Assembly (NCBI GenBank): GCA_965214705.1
Contig: OZ243972.1
Span: 544,001-608,000 of the forward strand
Reading direction: 5' to 3'
Source: Alphaproteobacteria bacterium
GTDB taxonomy: Bacteria; Pseudomonadota; Alphaproteobacteria; UBA828
DNA: 64,000 bases
Part shown: positions 1 to 10,711 of the stretch, piece after piece
Layout: the number at the start of each line of letters is the position of its first letter
Position numbering within the stretch: position 1 is the stretch's first letter
Notes under the pieces: generated by a model
The model's input: only the letters and a program-made list of their open reading frames with translations
Told to the model about the DNA's origin: nothing
Databases searched by the model: none
Position numbers and translations under genes: made by a program

Positions 1-923
1 AGTTCTGCGACGAAATCAACGCGATCGAGGTGCCGCCGCTCGCGGAACGGCCGCTCGACGAGGTACGGGAGGCCTTCAACGATCTGGTGATGGGCCTGCA
101 GGCACCGGGCATTGACGTCGGCCGGGTCGAGGACCGCGATATCCCCGGCCCCAACGGGCCGATCCGCATCCGCCTCTACTGGCCCAAAGGGGCGGACCCC
201 GCCACACCGCTACCCGTCTACGTCAACTACCACGGCAGCGGCTACGTGGTGCTCAGCATCGACACCCACGACGGTGTCTGCCGCGCGCTCTGCGAGGGGG
301 CGGGCTGCATCGTGGTGGGGGTCAACTACTGCAAGGCGCCGGAGAACAAGTTTCCGAAGCCCACGGACGACGCCTGGGCATCGCTCTGCTGGGTCGCCGA
401 GAACTGCGCCGAGATCGGCGGCGATCCGGCACGCATCGCCATCGGCGGCGATTCCGCCGGCGGCTGCATCACCGCCGTCACCGCGCAGCGGGCGAAGGCC
501 GAGGGCGGGCCACCGCTGGTCTTCCAGCTCATGGTCTATCCGGTCACCGACACGGACGAAGGCCGCCCGTCCTACAAGACCTTCGCGGATGGCTACGTGC
601 TCACCGCCGAGGCCATGACCTGGTTCTTCGATTGCTACTTCAACGACGACTCCGAGCGCTCGGACGTGCGCGCCGCACCGATCCGCGCCGACGACCTGAG
701 CGGGTTGCCGCCGGCGATGGTGATGACCGCGAGCCACGATCCGCTCTTCGACGACGGCCGCGCATACGCCGATAGGCTCAAGGCGGCGGGCGTGCCCACC
801 GACTACCGCAACTACGAGGGCCATATCCACGGCTTCTGGACCGCCACCGGGCGCTTCGACGTGACCGCCGAGGCGCACGCCACCGCCTGCGCCGCGCTGC
901 GCGAGGCGTTCGGCACGAGCTAG
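1..923 (+). CDS. Alpha/beta hydrolase (HSL/Aes-type esterase), probably 5'-partial
   Basis: GDSAGG nucleophile elbow, HGSG oxyanion motif, DPL..D and HGF catalytic motifs; frame is open back to the window start. Confidence 0.88.
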   Translation, partial: FCDEINAIEVPPLAERPLDEVREAFNDLVMGLQAPGIDVGRVEDRDIPGPNGPIRIRLYWPKGADPATPLPVYVNYHGSGYVVLSIDTHDGVCRALCEGAGCIVVGVNYCKAPENKFPKPTDDAWASLCWVAENCAEIGGDPARIAIGGDSAGGCITAVTAQRAKAEGGPPLVFQLMVYPVTDTDEGRPSYKTFADGYVLTAEAMTWFFDCYFNDDSERSDVRAAPIRADDLSGLPPAMVMTASHDPLFDDGRAYADRLKAAGVPTDYRNYEGHIHGFWTATGRFDVTAEAHATACAALREAFGTS

Positions 924-937
924 AGGAGGGACGCAGG

Positions 938-3900
938 ATGCTGCGAGTCGGGGTCGATACAGGAGGCACCAACACCGATCTCGTCGCTATCGACGAGGAC
1001 GGCGGGATCGTCGTCGCCAAGCGGCCGAGCACCGCCGCCGCGCCTGAAATCGGGGTGCTCGACGCCCTCGACGGCTCCGGCATCGCGCCGGAGGCGGTGC
1101 GCCACTTCGTGCTCGGAACCACCATCGCGACCAACGCGCGCCTTCAGGGAACCGGTGCGCGCGTCATCTACCTCGCGACGGCAGGCTTCGAGGACATTCC
1201 GCTGATCGGCAGCATTTCCCGCCCCCATGCCTACGACCTGAGCTGGCGCCGGCCGGAGCCGGGCGTGGCGCGGCGCGACTGCCTGGGCGTGCGCGAGCGG
1301 ATCGACTACCACGGCCACGTGATCACGGCGCTGGAAGACGCCGAGGTCGCCCGCGTCCTCGACGAGGTGGCGGCCGTGTTGGGCGAGAGCGGCAATGGTG
1401 CCAACGGCGCCGGCGCGGCCTGCTCCATCGCAGTCAACTTCCTGTTCAGCTATCGCAATCCTGTGCACGAGGCCGCGCTTGGCGCGGCGCTCCGCGAGCG
1501 CTTCCCCGGTCTCCCGGTCTCGCTCTCTCACGAGGTCGTGCCCATCTGGCGCGAGTACCACCGGGCGACCACGACCATCCTCGCCGCTTCGGTCCGGCCC
1601 ATCCTGCAGAGCTTCATCACCGATCTCGAGCGGGAACTGGAGGCGCGGTCGCTGCCGGCCCGGCTCGCTATCATGAAGTCCAACGGCGGCCAGATGCTCT
1701 CGGAACGGGCGCCGGACCGCACCGCCGAGATCTTTCTCTCCGGTCTCGCCGGCGGTGTGATTGGCGGCCACTACTTCGCTGCCGCCGAGGGCGCGGAGAA
1801 CGCCGTCACCTTCGACATGGGCGGCACGAGCTGCGACGTGGGCATGATCGAAGGTGGCGATTATCGCTCCGTGCCGCAGATCGACCTCGACTGGGGTATC
1901 CACGTCGTTGCCCCGCATATCGACTTCACCACCATCGGCGCCGGTGGCGGCTCGATCGCCTATGTGGGTCAGGACGGCCTGCTCAAGGTGGGGCCGCAGA
2001 GCGCCGGCGCGGAGCCCGGCCCGGCCTGCTACGGCAAGGGCGGGACGGAGCCCACGGTGACCGACGCCAACGTGGTGCTCGGCCGCATCGACCCCGACTA
2101 TTTCCTCGGTGGGCGGATGCCGCTCGACAGTGCCGCGGCACGCGTGGCGGTGGCTACGGTGGCGGAGCCGCTCGGCCTCACGGTCGAGGAGGCGGCGCTC
2201 ACCATCGTGGAGACCGTCAACGACAATATGGCGACGGCGGTGCGCCGCGTCACCATCGAGCGCGGCCTCGATTATCGCGATTTCGACCTGATCGCCTTCG
2301 GCGGCGCGGGCCCGGTCCACGGTGCCGAGCTCGCACGTGCGGTCGGAATGCGGCGGACCCTGGTGCCGCCCTATCCGGGGCTCTGCTCCGCCTTCGGCAC
2401 CGTGGTCGCCGATGTCCGCGTGGAGAAGAGCCGGACGGTCGCGTTCCGCTCCGACACGATGGCTTTAGGCGACATCGCCGAAGCCTACCGTTCGCTCGAA
2501 GAGCAGGCCGTGCGCGAGCTGCTGGAAGAGGGGTTCGAGGGCGAGCCGGTGATCACGCGCAGCGCATCCGCCCGTTACCGGCTGCAGAGCCATGAAATCG
2601 AGCTGCCGGTGACGCCGAGCGTGCTGGCGGGCACGGCTGCGGAGCTGGTGGAGACCTTCCACGCCGAACACGAGCGACGCTTCGACTTCAAGACGCCGGG
2701 CCACCCGGTGGAGATCGTGCGGCTCACGGTGCTCGCGCTCGGCGCGTCGGCGCCGCCGCGGCTGCCGGGGCTAGAGCCCGGCGAGGCGCCCGAGCCGGCG
2801 ACCAGGCGCGCGGTCTGGTTCCGCGGCGCGGGCGGGGTGGAGACGCCGGTCTACCGGCGGGATGCATTGGGCGCGGGCGTGACGATGGAAGGTCCAGCGG
2901 TCATCCTCGAAGAGGACTCCACGGTGATCGTGGCGCCCGACGACAGGCTGATCGTGCATGGCTCCGGCGTGCTGGAGATTGCGCCCGCGAGCGGCGCGCG
3001 CCGGGCACGGCTCCAGGGCAAGAGCGCGGCGGAGGACATGGTGACGCTCAACGTCATCCGCAACCGGCTCGATGCGATCTGCGACGAGATGGACCTGGAG
3101 GCCCTCCGTACCGCGCACTCGCCGCTGTTCAGCGAGTCCAAGGACTTCTCCTGCATGCTGTTCAACCGCGACCTGGAGCTGATCTCCCAGGCACAGAACA
3201 ACCCGGCGATCATTTGCGCCGGCTTGAACACGGTGCCCTTCGTGGTCGAGGAGCTGGGCGAGGACTATTTCGAGCCGGGCGACGTGGTCGTGCACAACGA
3301 CCCCTACCGCGGCTCCTGCCACATGCCCGAGCACATGCTGCTGGAAGGCATCTTCGTGGACGGCGAGCTGGTCGGCTATGCGGCGATTATCGCCCACATC
3401 GCCGAGATCGGCGGCATGGTGCCGGGCTCCTTCGCGGTCACGGCGAGCGAGGTCTATCAGGAAGGGCTGCGGCTGCCTCCGATCAAGCTGATGAAGCGTG
3501 GCGAGCATGTCGAGGAGCTGTGGAAGGTCATCCTCGCCAACCACCGCACCCCGGATGCGACCTTCGGCGACTTCCACGCCATGCTGGCGAGCCTCAAGGT
3601 GGCGGGCCGCCGTTTTCCGGAGCTGATCCGGGACTACGGCGTGGACACGATCGAGGCGGCGACCAAGGCGCTGATGGCGGCCTCCGAGCGCTGGATGCGC
3701 GAACAGATCAAGGCGATCCCGGACGGCACCTATTCCTTCGAAGACCGCTACGAGGACGATCCCCGGAATAGCACACCGCATGTCTTCCGCGTGGACGTGA
3801 CGGTCGACGACGACGAGATTCTGGTCGACTACAGCCGCTCCGACAAGCAGGTCGACGCCGCGATCAACCTGACCTATGTGGCGACGGCGGCTGCCTCCTA

Positions 3901-4858
3901 CACCGGTATCCTCCAGAGCATCAACGTGCGCGACGTCCCCCTCAATCAGGGCGTGTTCCGTACCATCACGATGATCTGCCCGCCGGGCAGCCTGCTCAAT
4001 GTCGAGCATCCGGGCAGCTCGGTCGGCGGCAACTCCGATGGCCAGCCCAGGGTCATCAACGCGATCTGGGGCGCCATGTCGCAGGCCTTGCCTGAGCGAA
4101 CCTGCGCCGCCGATGGCGGGACCAATTGCCTGTTGCCGATGGGCGGCGTGCATCCCGAGACCGGCGAGTATTTCGCCCATCTCCATCTCGAAGGCGGCGG
4201 CTGGGGCGCGCGGCACGACGCGGACGGCAACGCCAACCTGTTCTGTGCCCACGGCAGCACGATCGAGATCACGCCCATCGAGATTCTGGAGAGCCGCTTC
4301 CCGCTGCTTCATCACGCCTGCGCGCTGCGCCCGGATTCCGGCGGGCCGGGACGCAACCGGGGCGGCCTATCGGTCATGCGCCGGGTGAGCGTGTACGCCA
4401 AGGAGCTGACGGTAAGCGCGCTTTCCGACCGCCACTTCGTGGGTCCCTGGGGGCTGTTCGGCGGAAAGGAAGGCGGCACCCAGGCGTTCCGGGTCAAGCG
4501 CGTGGGCGACACGGAGTTCCGCACCTTCTCCGAGGCCTTCGGGCTGGAGAGCCCGACCAAGTTCGACAACGTCAAGGTCCACGAAGGCGACGAGCTGCTG
4601 CTGGAGGCGCCGGGCGGAGGCGGCTACGGCGACCCGCTGGAGCGGGCGCCGGCGCGGGTGCTTGCCGATGTGCTGGACCGCAACGTCACGCGCGAGGCGG
4701 CCGAGAGCGCTTACGGGGTGGTGCTCGCCGCCAGCAACGGCTCCCTCGCCGTGGACGAGGCCGCGACCGAGGCGCTCCGCACCCGGATGCGCGCCGCGCG
4801 GCCCGAGCCGCCGGCGGCGCCCGCGACCGTCTCGCCTTCCGCAGTGGCAGCCGAATAG
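938..4858 (+). CDS. Fused hydantoinase A/B (5-oxoprolinase family) ATP-dependent amidohydrolase
   Basis: N-terminal VGVDTGGTNTD, FDMGGTSCD and GPQSAGAEPGPACY; C-terminal HNDPY..H.PE and PGGGGYGDP. Confidence 0.92.
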   Translation: MLRVGVDTGGTNTDLVAIDEDGGIVVAKRPSTAAAPEIGVLDALDGSGIAPEAVRHFVLGTTIATNARLQGTGARVIYLATAGFEDIPLIGSISRPHAYDLSWRRPEPGVARRDCLGVRERIDYHGHVITALEDAEVARVLDEVAAVLGESGNGANGAGAACSIAVNFLFSYRNPVHEAALGAALRERFPGLPVSLSHEVVPIWREYHRATTTILAASVRPILQSFITDLERELEARSLPARLAIMKSNGGQMLSERAPDRTAEIFLSGLAGGVIGGHYFAAAEGAENAVTFDMGGTSCDVGMIEGGDYRSVPQIDLDWGIHVVAPHIDFTTIGAGGGSIAYVGQDGLLKVGPQSAGAEPGPACYGKGGTEPTVTDANVVLGRIDPDYFLGGRMPLDSAAARVAVATVAEPLGLTVEEAALTIVETVNDNMATAVRRVTIERGLDYRDFDLIAFGGAGPVHGAELARAVGMRRTLVPPYPGLCSAFGTVVADVRVEKSRTVAFRSDTMALGDIAEAYRSLEEQAVRELLEEGFEGEPVITRSASARYRLQSHEIELPVTPSVLAGTAAELVETFHAEHERRFDFKTPGHPVEIVRLTVLALGASAPPRLPGLEPGEAPEPATRRAVWFRGAGGVETPVYRRDALGAGVTMEGPAVILEEDSTVIVAPDDRLIVHGSGVLEIAPASGARRARLQGKSAAEDMVTLNVIRNRLDAICDEMDLEALRTAHSPLFSESKDFSCMLFNRDLELISQAQNNPAIICAGLNTVPFVVEELGEDYFEPGDVVVHNDPYRGSCHMPEHMLLEGIFVDGELVGYAAIIAHIAEIGGMVPGSFAVTASEVYQEGLRLPPIKLMKRGEHVEELWKVILANHRTPDATFGDFHAMLASLKVAGRRFPELIRDYGVDTIEAATKALMAASERWMREQIKAIPDGTYSFEDRYEDDPRNSTPHVFRVDVTVDDDEILVDYSRSDKQVDAAINLTYVATAAASYTGILQSINVRDVPLNQGVFRTITMICPPGSLLNVEHPGSSVGGNSDGQPRVINAIWGAMSQALPERTCAADGGTNCLLPMGGVHPETGEYFAHLHLEGGGWGARHDADGNANLFCAHGSTIEITPIEILESRFPLLHHACALRPDSGGPGRNRGGLSVMRRVSVYAKELTVSALSDRHFVGPWGLFGGKEGGTQAFRVKRVGDTEFRTFSEAFGLESPTKFDNVKVHEGDELLLEAPGGGGYGDPLERAPARVLADVLDRNVTREAAESAYGVVLAASNGSLAVDEAATEALRTRMRAARPEPPAAPATVSPSAVAAE

Positions 4859-4867
4859 GGGGCGGCC

Positions 4868-5041
4868 ATGGGGCATTGGGAAGAGATCGAAAAGCCCTGG
4901 TACGAGGTAAAGATCGTCAACTGCTCGCTCTGCGGGCGCATGATCGCGCGCCGCCTTTGGGTGGTCGAGGAGCCGGAGCGACGGGTCTTCTGCGGCGAGA
5001 AATGCGCTCAGCTTGCCGAGCGTCGAGAGGGCGAGGCATAG
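4868..5041 (+). CDS. Small 57-aa Cys-rich putative metal-binding protein (absent from the ORF track)
   Basis: Hand translation MGHWEEIEKPWYEVKIVNCSLCGRMIARRLWVVEEPERRVFCGEKCAQLAERREGEA; CxxC...FCxxxC; starts 10 nt after the hydantoinase stop with a G-rich RBS. Confidence 0.65.
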   Translation: MGHWEEIEKPWYEVKIVNCSLCGRMIARRLWVVEEPERRVFCGEKCAQLAERREGEA

Positions 5042-5100
5042 GTCGCATTTCTCACCAGGGTCCCGGTCTGCGTCGCGCCCACCGCCCGCCGAGAGACCGC

Positions 5101-5197
5101 CCCTCCTCGCCCCGGCCCTCTCCTCCCGGGCGGGGAGGAGAGGGAGAGAGGGCGGCGCCACCTGCGCTCCCCCTCCGCCTTGTTAGAGGGGAGGGGG
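5101..5197. repeat. RIME/BoxC-like intergenic palindromic element
   Basis: CCCGGCCCTCTCCTCCC..GGGGAGGAGAGGG hairpin followed by CCCCCTCC..GGGAGGGGG hairpin, between convergent genes. Confidence 0.55.
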
Positions 5198-5944
5198 ACA
5201 GAGCCAGCTGGAATAAGCAATGTGTTGAGACGCGCGCCGCTCATTTTTTGGGCGGGACTCGCCGGGATCAGCTGGGATTAAGTTGGATTCCGCAGGGTTC
5301 CACGGGTCCACCGGCACCGACGTGACGGTGCGGGGCGGAGGCGGGGGCGTGACGGTACGGGGCGGCGGTGGGGGCGTCGGGCCCTCCACCTCCGCGCGGA
5401 TGATGGCGACGGCCTCCGGCGAGAGCCCGCCCTGGCGCTTGGCGCGCGCCATCTTCGCTGCCGCCTGCTCCCGGTCCGTGCGCAGCTTGTCGGTGCCCTC
5501 GATGCGCTTGAGGATAAGGGCGAGACGGGCGAGCTCCTGCGTCGACACGGGCTCTTCCCGGCCGCTGAGATCGGCCATGGTGGCGAGCACCATCGTCCGC
5601 AGGGTCTCGATGAGGATGAGCCCCGCCTGGCCCTCGGTGCGCTCGCCGAGCGCGTCTACCCACGCTTTGATCGTGCGGTCGGTCTCCTGCTGCTTGTGGA
5701 TCAGGTCGCGCTCGTTCTTGACGTAGCGGCCGACGGCGGAGCGGGAGCATGTACCGCCTCCGTCCCGGATGCGGGCGGTGATCTGGTCGATTGTGTCGCC
5801 GTCCGCGATGGCCTGATCGACGGCCTCGCGCAGTTTGTGCGGCAGGCGCTTGATGGAGGAGCGGCTGAACGCCGCCGCCGGCGTGGTCTGTCGGGTTTCG
5901 TTTTGCATGGCGGGGATGTGCTCGCGGGCTGTTCGTTGGCTCAT
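5183..5944 (-). CDS. DUF3486 / Mu gp27-like (small-terminase-like) HTH protein, orphan
   Basis: SSIKRLP...TIDQI...SRSAVGRY N-terminus and GGLSPEAVAIIR C-terminal motif; start is 5944 or 5908. Confidence 0.7.
   Translation of the reverse strand: MSQRTAREHIPAMQNETRQTTPAAAFSRSSIKRLPHKLREAVDQAIADGDTIDQITARIRDGGGTCSRSAVGRYVKNERDLIHKQQETDRTIKAWVDALGERTEGQAGLILIETLRTMVLATMADLSGREEPVSTQELARLALILKRIEGTDKLRTDREQAAAKMARAKRQGGLSPEAVAIIRAEVEGPTPPPPPRTVTPPPPPRTVTSVPVDPWNPAESNLIPADPGESRPKNERRASQHIAYSSWLCPPPL
5321..5374. repeat. 27-bp tandem duplication (PPPPPRTVT x2) inside the DUF3486 gene
   Basis: cgtgacggtgcggggcggaggcggggg / cgtgacggtacggggcggcggtggggg. Confidence 0.85.
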
Positions 5945-6052
5945 CCCGCGATGCTGCCCCGCGCCGCCCGCGCCTTCCACCGCACCATGTTGCGGGCTAC
6001 CGGGTCCGAGTCCGAGCCCCGCGCGGCCTTGGACGAAGCGTCCGGCAAGAAA

Positions 6053-6106
6053 GGCCGGGCCGCAGGCCCGGACGGCGCGACAGCGCCGCGCGCGTATGCG
6101 CGGAGC
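6053..6106. repeat. Dispersed palindromic (REP-like) element, partial copy
   Basis: ggccgggccgcaggcccggacggcgcgacagcgccgcgcgcgtatgcgcggagc closely matches 45258-45310. Confidence 0.75.
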
Positions 6107-6189
6107 GCACGATCGCTCACGGCAGCTGGCCTGGGGCCGGTGCCTCCGCGTCGCGTGGCCTAGAATTCCCATCAGGGGGCCGCGCGTCC

Positions 6190-6876
6190 TCACTCCGGCA
6201 GCAGGCCTGCCTCCTTGAAGGAGACGTGGCGGGAGCGTCCGATCACCAGATGATCGTGGACGGTCACGCCGAGCGTGGCGCCGGCCTTCGCGACCTCTTT
6301 TGTGAGCTCGATGTCGGCGCGGGACGGGCTGGGATTGCCCGAGGGGTGGTTGTGCACCAGCACGACGGCGCTCGCACCGTGCTCCAGCGCCCGCTTGATC
6401 ACCTCGCGCGGATAGAGCACCACATGGTCGACCGTGCCGTGCTGCTGCTCCTCGTCGGCGATCAGCGCATTGTGGTTGTCGAGGAAGAGCACGCGGAAAT
6501 GCTCGGTCTTTTCCTTGCCGAGCCGCGCGGTGCAGTAGTCCAGCACCGCCTGCCAGGTGGCGATAACCGGGCGGCCGATGATCGGCTCCCGCAGCGTGCG
6601 CACGCCGAGCGCCTCGACCAGTTTGAGTGTGTGGACCACCCCGTCACCGACGCCTGCCACCTCCTTCAACGCCCCCTTCTCGGCGCCGAGCACGCCGCCG
6701 ATGGTGCCGAAGCGCTCGATCAGCCGCTTGGCGAGCGGCTTGACGTCGCGCCTGGGCAGCGCCTGGCAGAGCAGCAGCTCCAGCAGCTCGTAGTCGGGCA
6801 GGGCGTCAGCGCCCGCCTCGTCGAAGCGCCTGCGCAACCGTTCGCGATGGCCGTGAAAATGGGGCTTGTCCGCCAC
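6190..6876 (-). CDS. radC: RadC-like JAB domain protein
   Basis: GHRERLR N-terminus, YPREVIKRAL and HNHPSG..PS..D motifs; GTG start inferred. Confidence 0.93.
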   Translation of the reverse strand: MADKPHFHGHRERLRRRFDEAGADALPDYELLELLLCQALPRRDVKPLAKRLIERFGTIGGVLGAEKGALKEVAGVGDGVVHTLKLVEALGVRTLREPIIGRPVIATWQAVLDYCTARLGKEKTEHFRVLFLDNHNALIADEEQQHGTVDHVVLYPREVIKRALEHGASAVVLVHNHPSGNPSPSRADIELTKEVAKAGATLGVTVHDHLVIGRSRHVSFKEAGLLPE

Positions 6877-6889
6877 GGCAGCGGTACTC

Positions 6890-7705
6890 TCAACAGTTAT
6901 AGGGCGGCTTGGTGAGCCCGAGCGGGGAGAGCGTGAATATCTCGTGACCATCCCCGGTCACACCAATCGTGTGCTCGAACTGGGCTGAGAGCGAGCGGTC
7001 CTTGGTCACTGCGGTCCAGCCGTCCCTGAGCAGCTTCACCTGCCAGCCGCCGAGGTTGATCATGGGCTCGACGGTGAAGAACATGCCGGGCCTGAGCTGG
7101 GTGCCTGTGCCGGGCTCGCCGTAGTGCAACACGTTCGGCGCGTCGTGGAAGATGCGTCCGATGCCGTGGCCGCAGAAATCGCGCACCACGGCGCAGCGCT
7201 GGCCCTCGGCATAGCTCTGGATCGCGTGGCCGATATCGCCCAGCCGGGCGCCGGGCCTCACCGCCGCGATGCCGCGCATCATCGCCTCGTAGGTGATGTC
7301 GATCAGCCGGCGCGCCTTCACGCTCGGCTGGCCGACGTAGAACATGCGGCTGGTGTCCCCGTGCCAGCCCTCGAGGATCACGGTCACGTCGATGTTCAGC
7401 ATATCGCCCTTCTGCAGCCGCTTGTCGCCGGGGATGCCGTGGCAGACGACGTGATTGACCGAGGTGCAGATGGACTTCGGGTAGCCGCGGTAGCCGAGCG
7501 GAGCCGGCACCGCCCCATGGTCCACGATGTAGTCGTGGCAGAACCGATCGAGGGTGTCGGTGGTGACGCCGGGCTCGACCATCGGCGTCAACGCATCCAG
7601 CACCTCCGCCGCGAGCGTGCCGGCCTTACGCATTGCCGCGAAGGCGTCGGCGCCGTGGGTCTTGATGCTCCGCTCGATGACTTGCGCGCCGCCGGCAGTG
7701 GACAC
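6890..7705 (-). CDS. map: Type I methionyl aminopeptidase
   Basis: VVCHGIP, DVT..GWHGDTSR, GHGIG..FH, VEPMIN and SAQFEHT motifs. Confidence 0.96.
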   Translation of the reverse strand: MSTAGGAQVIERSIKTHGADAFAAMRKAGTLAAEVLDALTPMVEPGVTTDTLDRFCHDYIVDHGAVPAPLGYRGYPKSICTSVNHVVCHGIPGDKRLQKGDMLNIDVTVILEGWHGDTSRMFYVGQPSVKARRLIDITYEAMMRGIAAVRPGARLGDIGHAIQSYAEGQRCAVVRDFCGHGIGRIFHDAPNVLHYGEPGTGTQLRPGMFFTVEPMINLGGWQVKLLRDGWTAVTKDRSLSAQFEHTIGVTGDGHEIFTLSPLGLTKPPYNC

Positions 7706-7811
7706 GGATGACCTCGCTCGCTGGTTACACGCGGCGAACACGACTCAACGCCGGAAATGCCAACCGCGCACAATCTAATCGGTATCGCTGGGCGTTCAAT
7801 AGACGCGGGCT

Positions 7812-8516
7812 CTAAACAGGGTCGACGACGGGGAGCGGGCGGTCCACGGCGATGCCCGCTGTGCTCAGGCGGCAGGCGTAGGCGAGGGCCTCGACGCTTC
7901 TCGCGCGTGCGTCGGCGAAGGCCGCGGCGTAGGCTGGGTCGATGTCGGCGGCCAGCGTGAAGCGGTCGCAGTCCTCGCGCTGGACGATGTAGAGCATCAC
8001 GGCGCGGGCGCCGCTCTCAGCCACCGCCGCGAGCTCGCGCAGGTGCTTCGTGCCGCGCGCGGTCACGCTGTCCGGAAACTCGGCGGCCGGGCCGCGCTTC
8101 AGGTGGACGTTCTTGACCTCGACGTAGCAGGGCGGGCGATCCGGCGCTTCCAGCAGAATGTCCACGCGCGAGCCCGCGCCGTAGGCGACCTCGCGGCGGA
8201 CGGTCTCGTAGCCGGCAAGCGCCGGGATGACGCCGCCCGAGATCGCCTCCTCGGCAAGCCGGTTGGGCCAGCCCGTGTTGACGCCCACCAGCCCGCCGTC
8301 GGCCCGCACCATCTCCCAGCTGTAGGAGAGCTTGCGCTTCGGGTTCGCGGTGGGCGAGAGCCAGGTTTCGAGGCCCTCGCCCACGAGCCCGGTCATCGCG
8401 CCGGGATTGGCGACATGGGCGGTGACGGTGCTGCCGTCGTCGAGGCAGTGGTCGCTGAGGAAGCGCTTGTAGCGCTTGAGCAGCGTCGCCCTGTGGAGGG
8501 GCAAGGGAAATTGCAT
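7812..8516 (-). CDS. sfsA: SfsA nuclease (sugar fermentation stimulation protein)
   Basis: RYKRFL, NPGAM, VEVKNV and FPDSVTARG.KHL motifs. Confidence 0.95.
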   Translation of the reverse strand: MQFPLPLHRATLLKRYKRFLSDHCLDDGSTVTAHVANPGAMTGLVGEGLETWLSPTANPKRKLSYSWEMVRADGGLVGVNTGWPNRLAEEAISGGVIPALAGYETVRREVAYGAGSRVDILLEAPDRPPCYVEVKNVHLKRGPAAEFPDSVTARGTKHLRELAAVAESGARAVMLYIVQREDCDRFTLAADIDPAYAAAFADARARSVEALAYACRLSTAGIAVDRPLPVVDPV

Positions 8517-8645
8517 CCCGTCTCATAAGCTGCCTCCTGCCGCCTGCTCAAGGGGCACGGTGCCATCGCACCGTGGCAGCCTCGCACGCCTCGCTCTATG
8601 CTCTGCGCCGTCTCGCACTCGCGCGCATCAACGAGCATCGCCGCC

Positions 8646-9422
8646 ATGTCGCAAGCCACCGTCACCGCCGCCCTGATCGTCATCGGCAACGAGATCCTCT
8701 CGGGCCGGACCAAGGACGTAAACGTCGCCTATCTCGCCCGCCAGCTGACCGCGCTCGGCATCCAGCTCGCCGAGGTCCGCATGGTGCGGGACGAGGAGCG
8801 CGCCATCATCGCCGCCGTAAACACGCTGCGCGCATCCCACGATTACGTGTTCACCACCGGCGGCATCGGCCCGACCCACGACGACATCACCTCCGAGGCA
8901 GTCGCCCGGGCCTTCAACCTGCCCTACCGGATCCACCCGGAGGCGAAGCGCATCCTCGAGGACTTCTACAAGGACACCGGTCGCGAGCTGAACGAGGCGC
9001 GGATGCGCATGGCGCACACGCCCGAGGGCGCCACGCTGATCGAGAACCCGGTGAGCCGGGCGCCGGGCTTCCGGGTCGAGAACGTCCACGTGCTGGCCGG
9101 CATCCCAGCGGTGATGCGCGCGATGTTCGAAAGCGTGGCGCCGACGCTGAGGGGCGGGCGCACGGTCAAGTCGCGCGAGATCGCCGTGCTGCTGGGCGAG
9201 GGCGACGTGGCCGCCCGGCTCGAAGGCCTGCAGGAGCGCTACCAGTCGCTGGAGATCGGCAGCTACCCCTTCGTCCGCGACGGCAACTTCGGCACGACAC
9301 TGGTGCTGCGCGGCACCAACGAGGACGAGATCGCCCGTGCCGCAGACGAGCTCAGCACCATTCTGCGCGAGCTCGGCGGCGAGCCGGAGACGCCGCCGGC
9401 GCCCCCCGCGCACATCGCTTAG
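8646..9422 (+). CDS. CinA-like molybdopterin-binding domain protein
   Basis: [12 protein letters not shown] and [13 protein letters not shown] motifs. Confidence 0.9.
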   Translation: MSQATVTAALIVIGNEILSGRTKDVNVAYLARQLTALGIQLAEVRMVRDEERAIIAAVNTLRASHDYVFTTGGIGPTHDDITSEAVARAFNLPYRIHPEAKRILEDFYKDTGRELNEARMRMAHTPEGATLIENPVSRAPGFRVENVHVLAGIPAVMRAMFESVAPTLRGGRTVKSREIAVLLGEGDVAARLEGLQERYQSLEIGSYPFVRDGNFGTTLVLRGTNEDEIARAADELSTILRELGGEPETPPAPPAHIA

Positions 9423-10711
9423 ACGACGAAGCGGGGCCGGCGGGCGAGGCCCGGCTCCTCGTCGAGAGGTGGCACGAAGGCGTTGCCGCCCCGCTCGCTC
9501 ACCGTGTTCCGATAGGGCTTGAGCTCGAGGCGAGCGATCTGGTTGCGGTGAACCTCGTCCGGCCCGTCGGCGAGACGCAGCAGACGCGCGTTGGCGTAGG
9601 CCTTGGCGAGGCCGTAGTCGGCGGTGATGCCCGCGCCGCCGAAGGCCTGCATCGCCCAGTCGATCACCGTGCAGGCCATGTTGGGCGCGGCCACCTTGAT
9701 CATCGCGATCTCCTTGCGCGCGACCTTGTTGCCGACCGTGTCCATCATGTAGGCGGCCTTGAGCGTTAGGAGCCGCGCCTGCTCGATCATGATGCGGGCT
9801 TCCGCGATCCGCTCCTGCGTCACCGTCTGATCTGCAACGGGCTTGCCGAACGTGACGCGCATCTGCGTGCGCCGGCACATGCGCTCAAGCGCGCGCTCGG
9901 CGGTGCCGATCAGCCGCATGCAATGGTGGATGCGCCCCGGCCCGAGCCGCCCTTGGGCGATCTCGAAGCCCCGCCCCTCGCCCAGCAGCATGTTCGCCGC
10001 CGGCACGCGCACGTTCTCGAACAGCACCTCGGCATGGCCGTGCGGCGCGTCGTCGAAGCCGAAGACCGGGAGCATGCGCTTCACCGTGACGCCCGGCCAC
10101 GGCAGCGGCACGAGGATCATCGACTGCTGCTTGTGGCGATCCGGGTTCTCCGGGTCGGTCTTGCCCATCACGATGAGGATGCGGCAGCGGGGGTCCATTG
10201 CGCCGGAGGTCCACCACTTGCGGCCGTTGATGACGTACTCGTCGCCCACGCGCTCGATCCGGGTCTCGATGTTGGTGGCGTCGGAGGAGGCGACCTCGAC
10301 CTCGGTCATGGCGAAGGCGGAGCGGATCTCGCCGGCGAGGAGCGGGGTCAGCCATTCCTCGCGCTGCGCCTCGGTGCCGTAGCGGACCAGCACCTCCATG
10401 TTGCCGGTGTCGGGCGCCGAGCAATTGAAGGCCTCGGGCGCGAATAGGGAGCGTCCCATCTCCTCGCAGGCGGGCGCGTAATCGAGGTTGGAGAGACCGG
10501 CGCCGTAGTCGCTCTCGGGCAGGAACAGGTTCCACAGCCCCTCGGCCCTAGCCTTCGCCTTCAGCTCGTCGAGCAGCGGGATCGGCTGCCAGCGGTCGCC
10601 GTCGGCCACCTGCGCCAGCATCTCCTCTTCGTTGGGGTAGACGTGCGCCGCCATGAAGGCCGCCACCCGGTCGCGTACCTCTTTCGCCTTGTCGCCGATG
10701 TCAAAATTCAT
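9419..10711 (-). CDS. Acyl-CoA dehydrogenase (ACAD10/11-like)
   Basis: [37 protein letters not shown] and DGPDEVH motifs. Confidence 0.94.
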   Translation of the reverse strand: MNFDIGDKAKEVRDRVAAFMAAHVYPNEEEMLAQVADGDRWQPIPLLDELKAKARAEGLWNLFLPESDYGAGLSNLDYAPACEEMGRSLFAPEAFNCSAPDTGNMEVLVRYGTEAQREEWLTPLLAGEIRSAFAMTEVEVASSDATNIETRIERVGDEYVINGRKWWTSGAMDPRCRILIVMGKTDPENPDRHKQQSMILVPLPWPGVTVKRMLPVFGFDDAPHGHAEVLFENVRVPAANMLLGEGRGFEIAQGRLGPGRIHHCMRLIGTAERALERMCRRTQMRVTFGKPVADQTVTQERIAEARIMIEQARLLTLKAAYMMDTVGNKVARKEIAMIKVAAPNMACTVIDWAMQAFGGAGITADYGLAKAYANARLLRLADGPDEVHRNQIARLELKPYRNTVSERGGNAFVPPLDEEPGLARRPRFVV

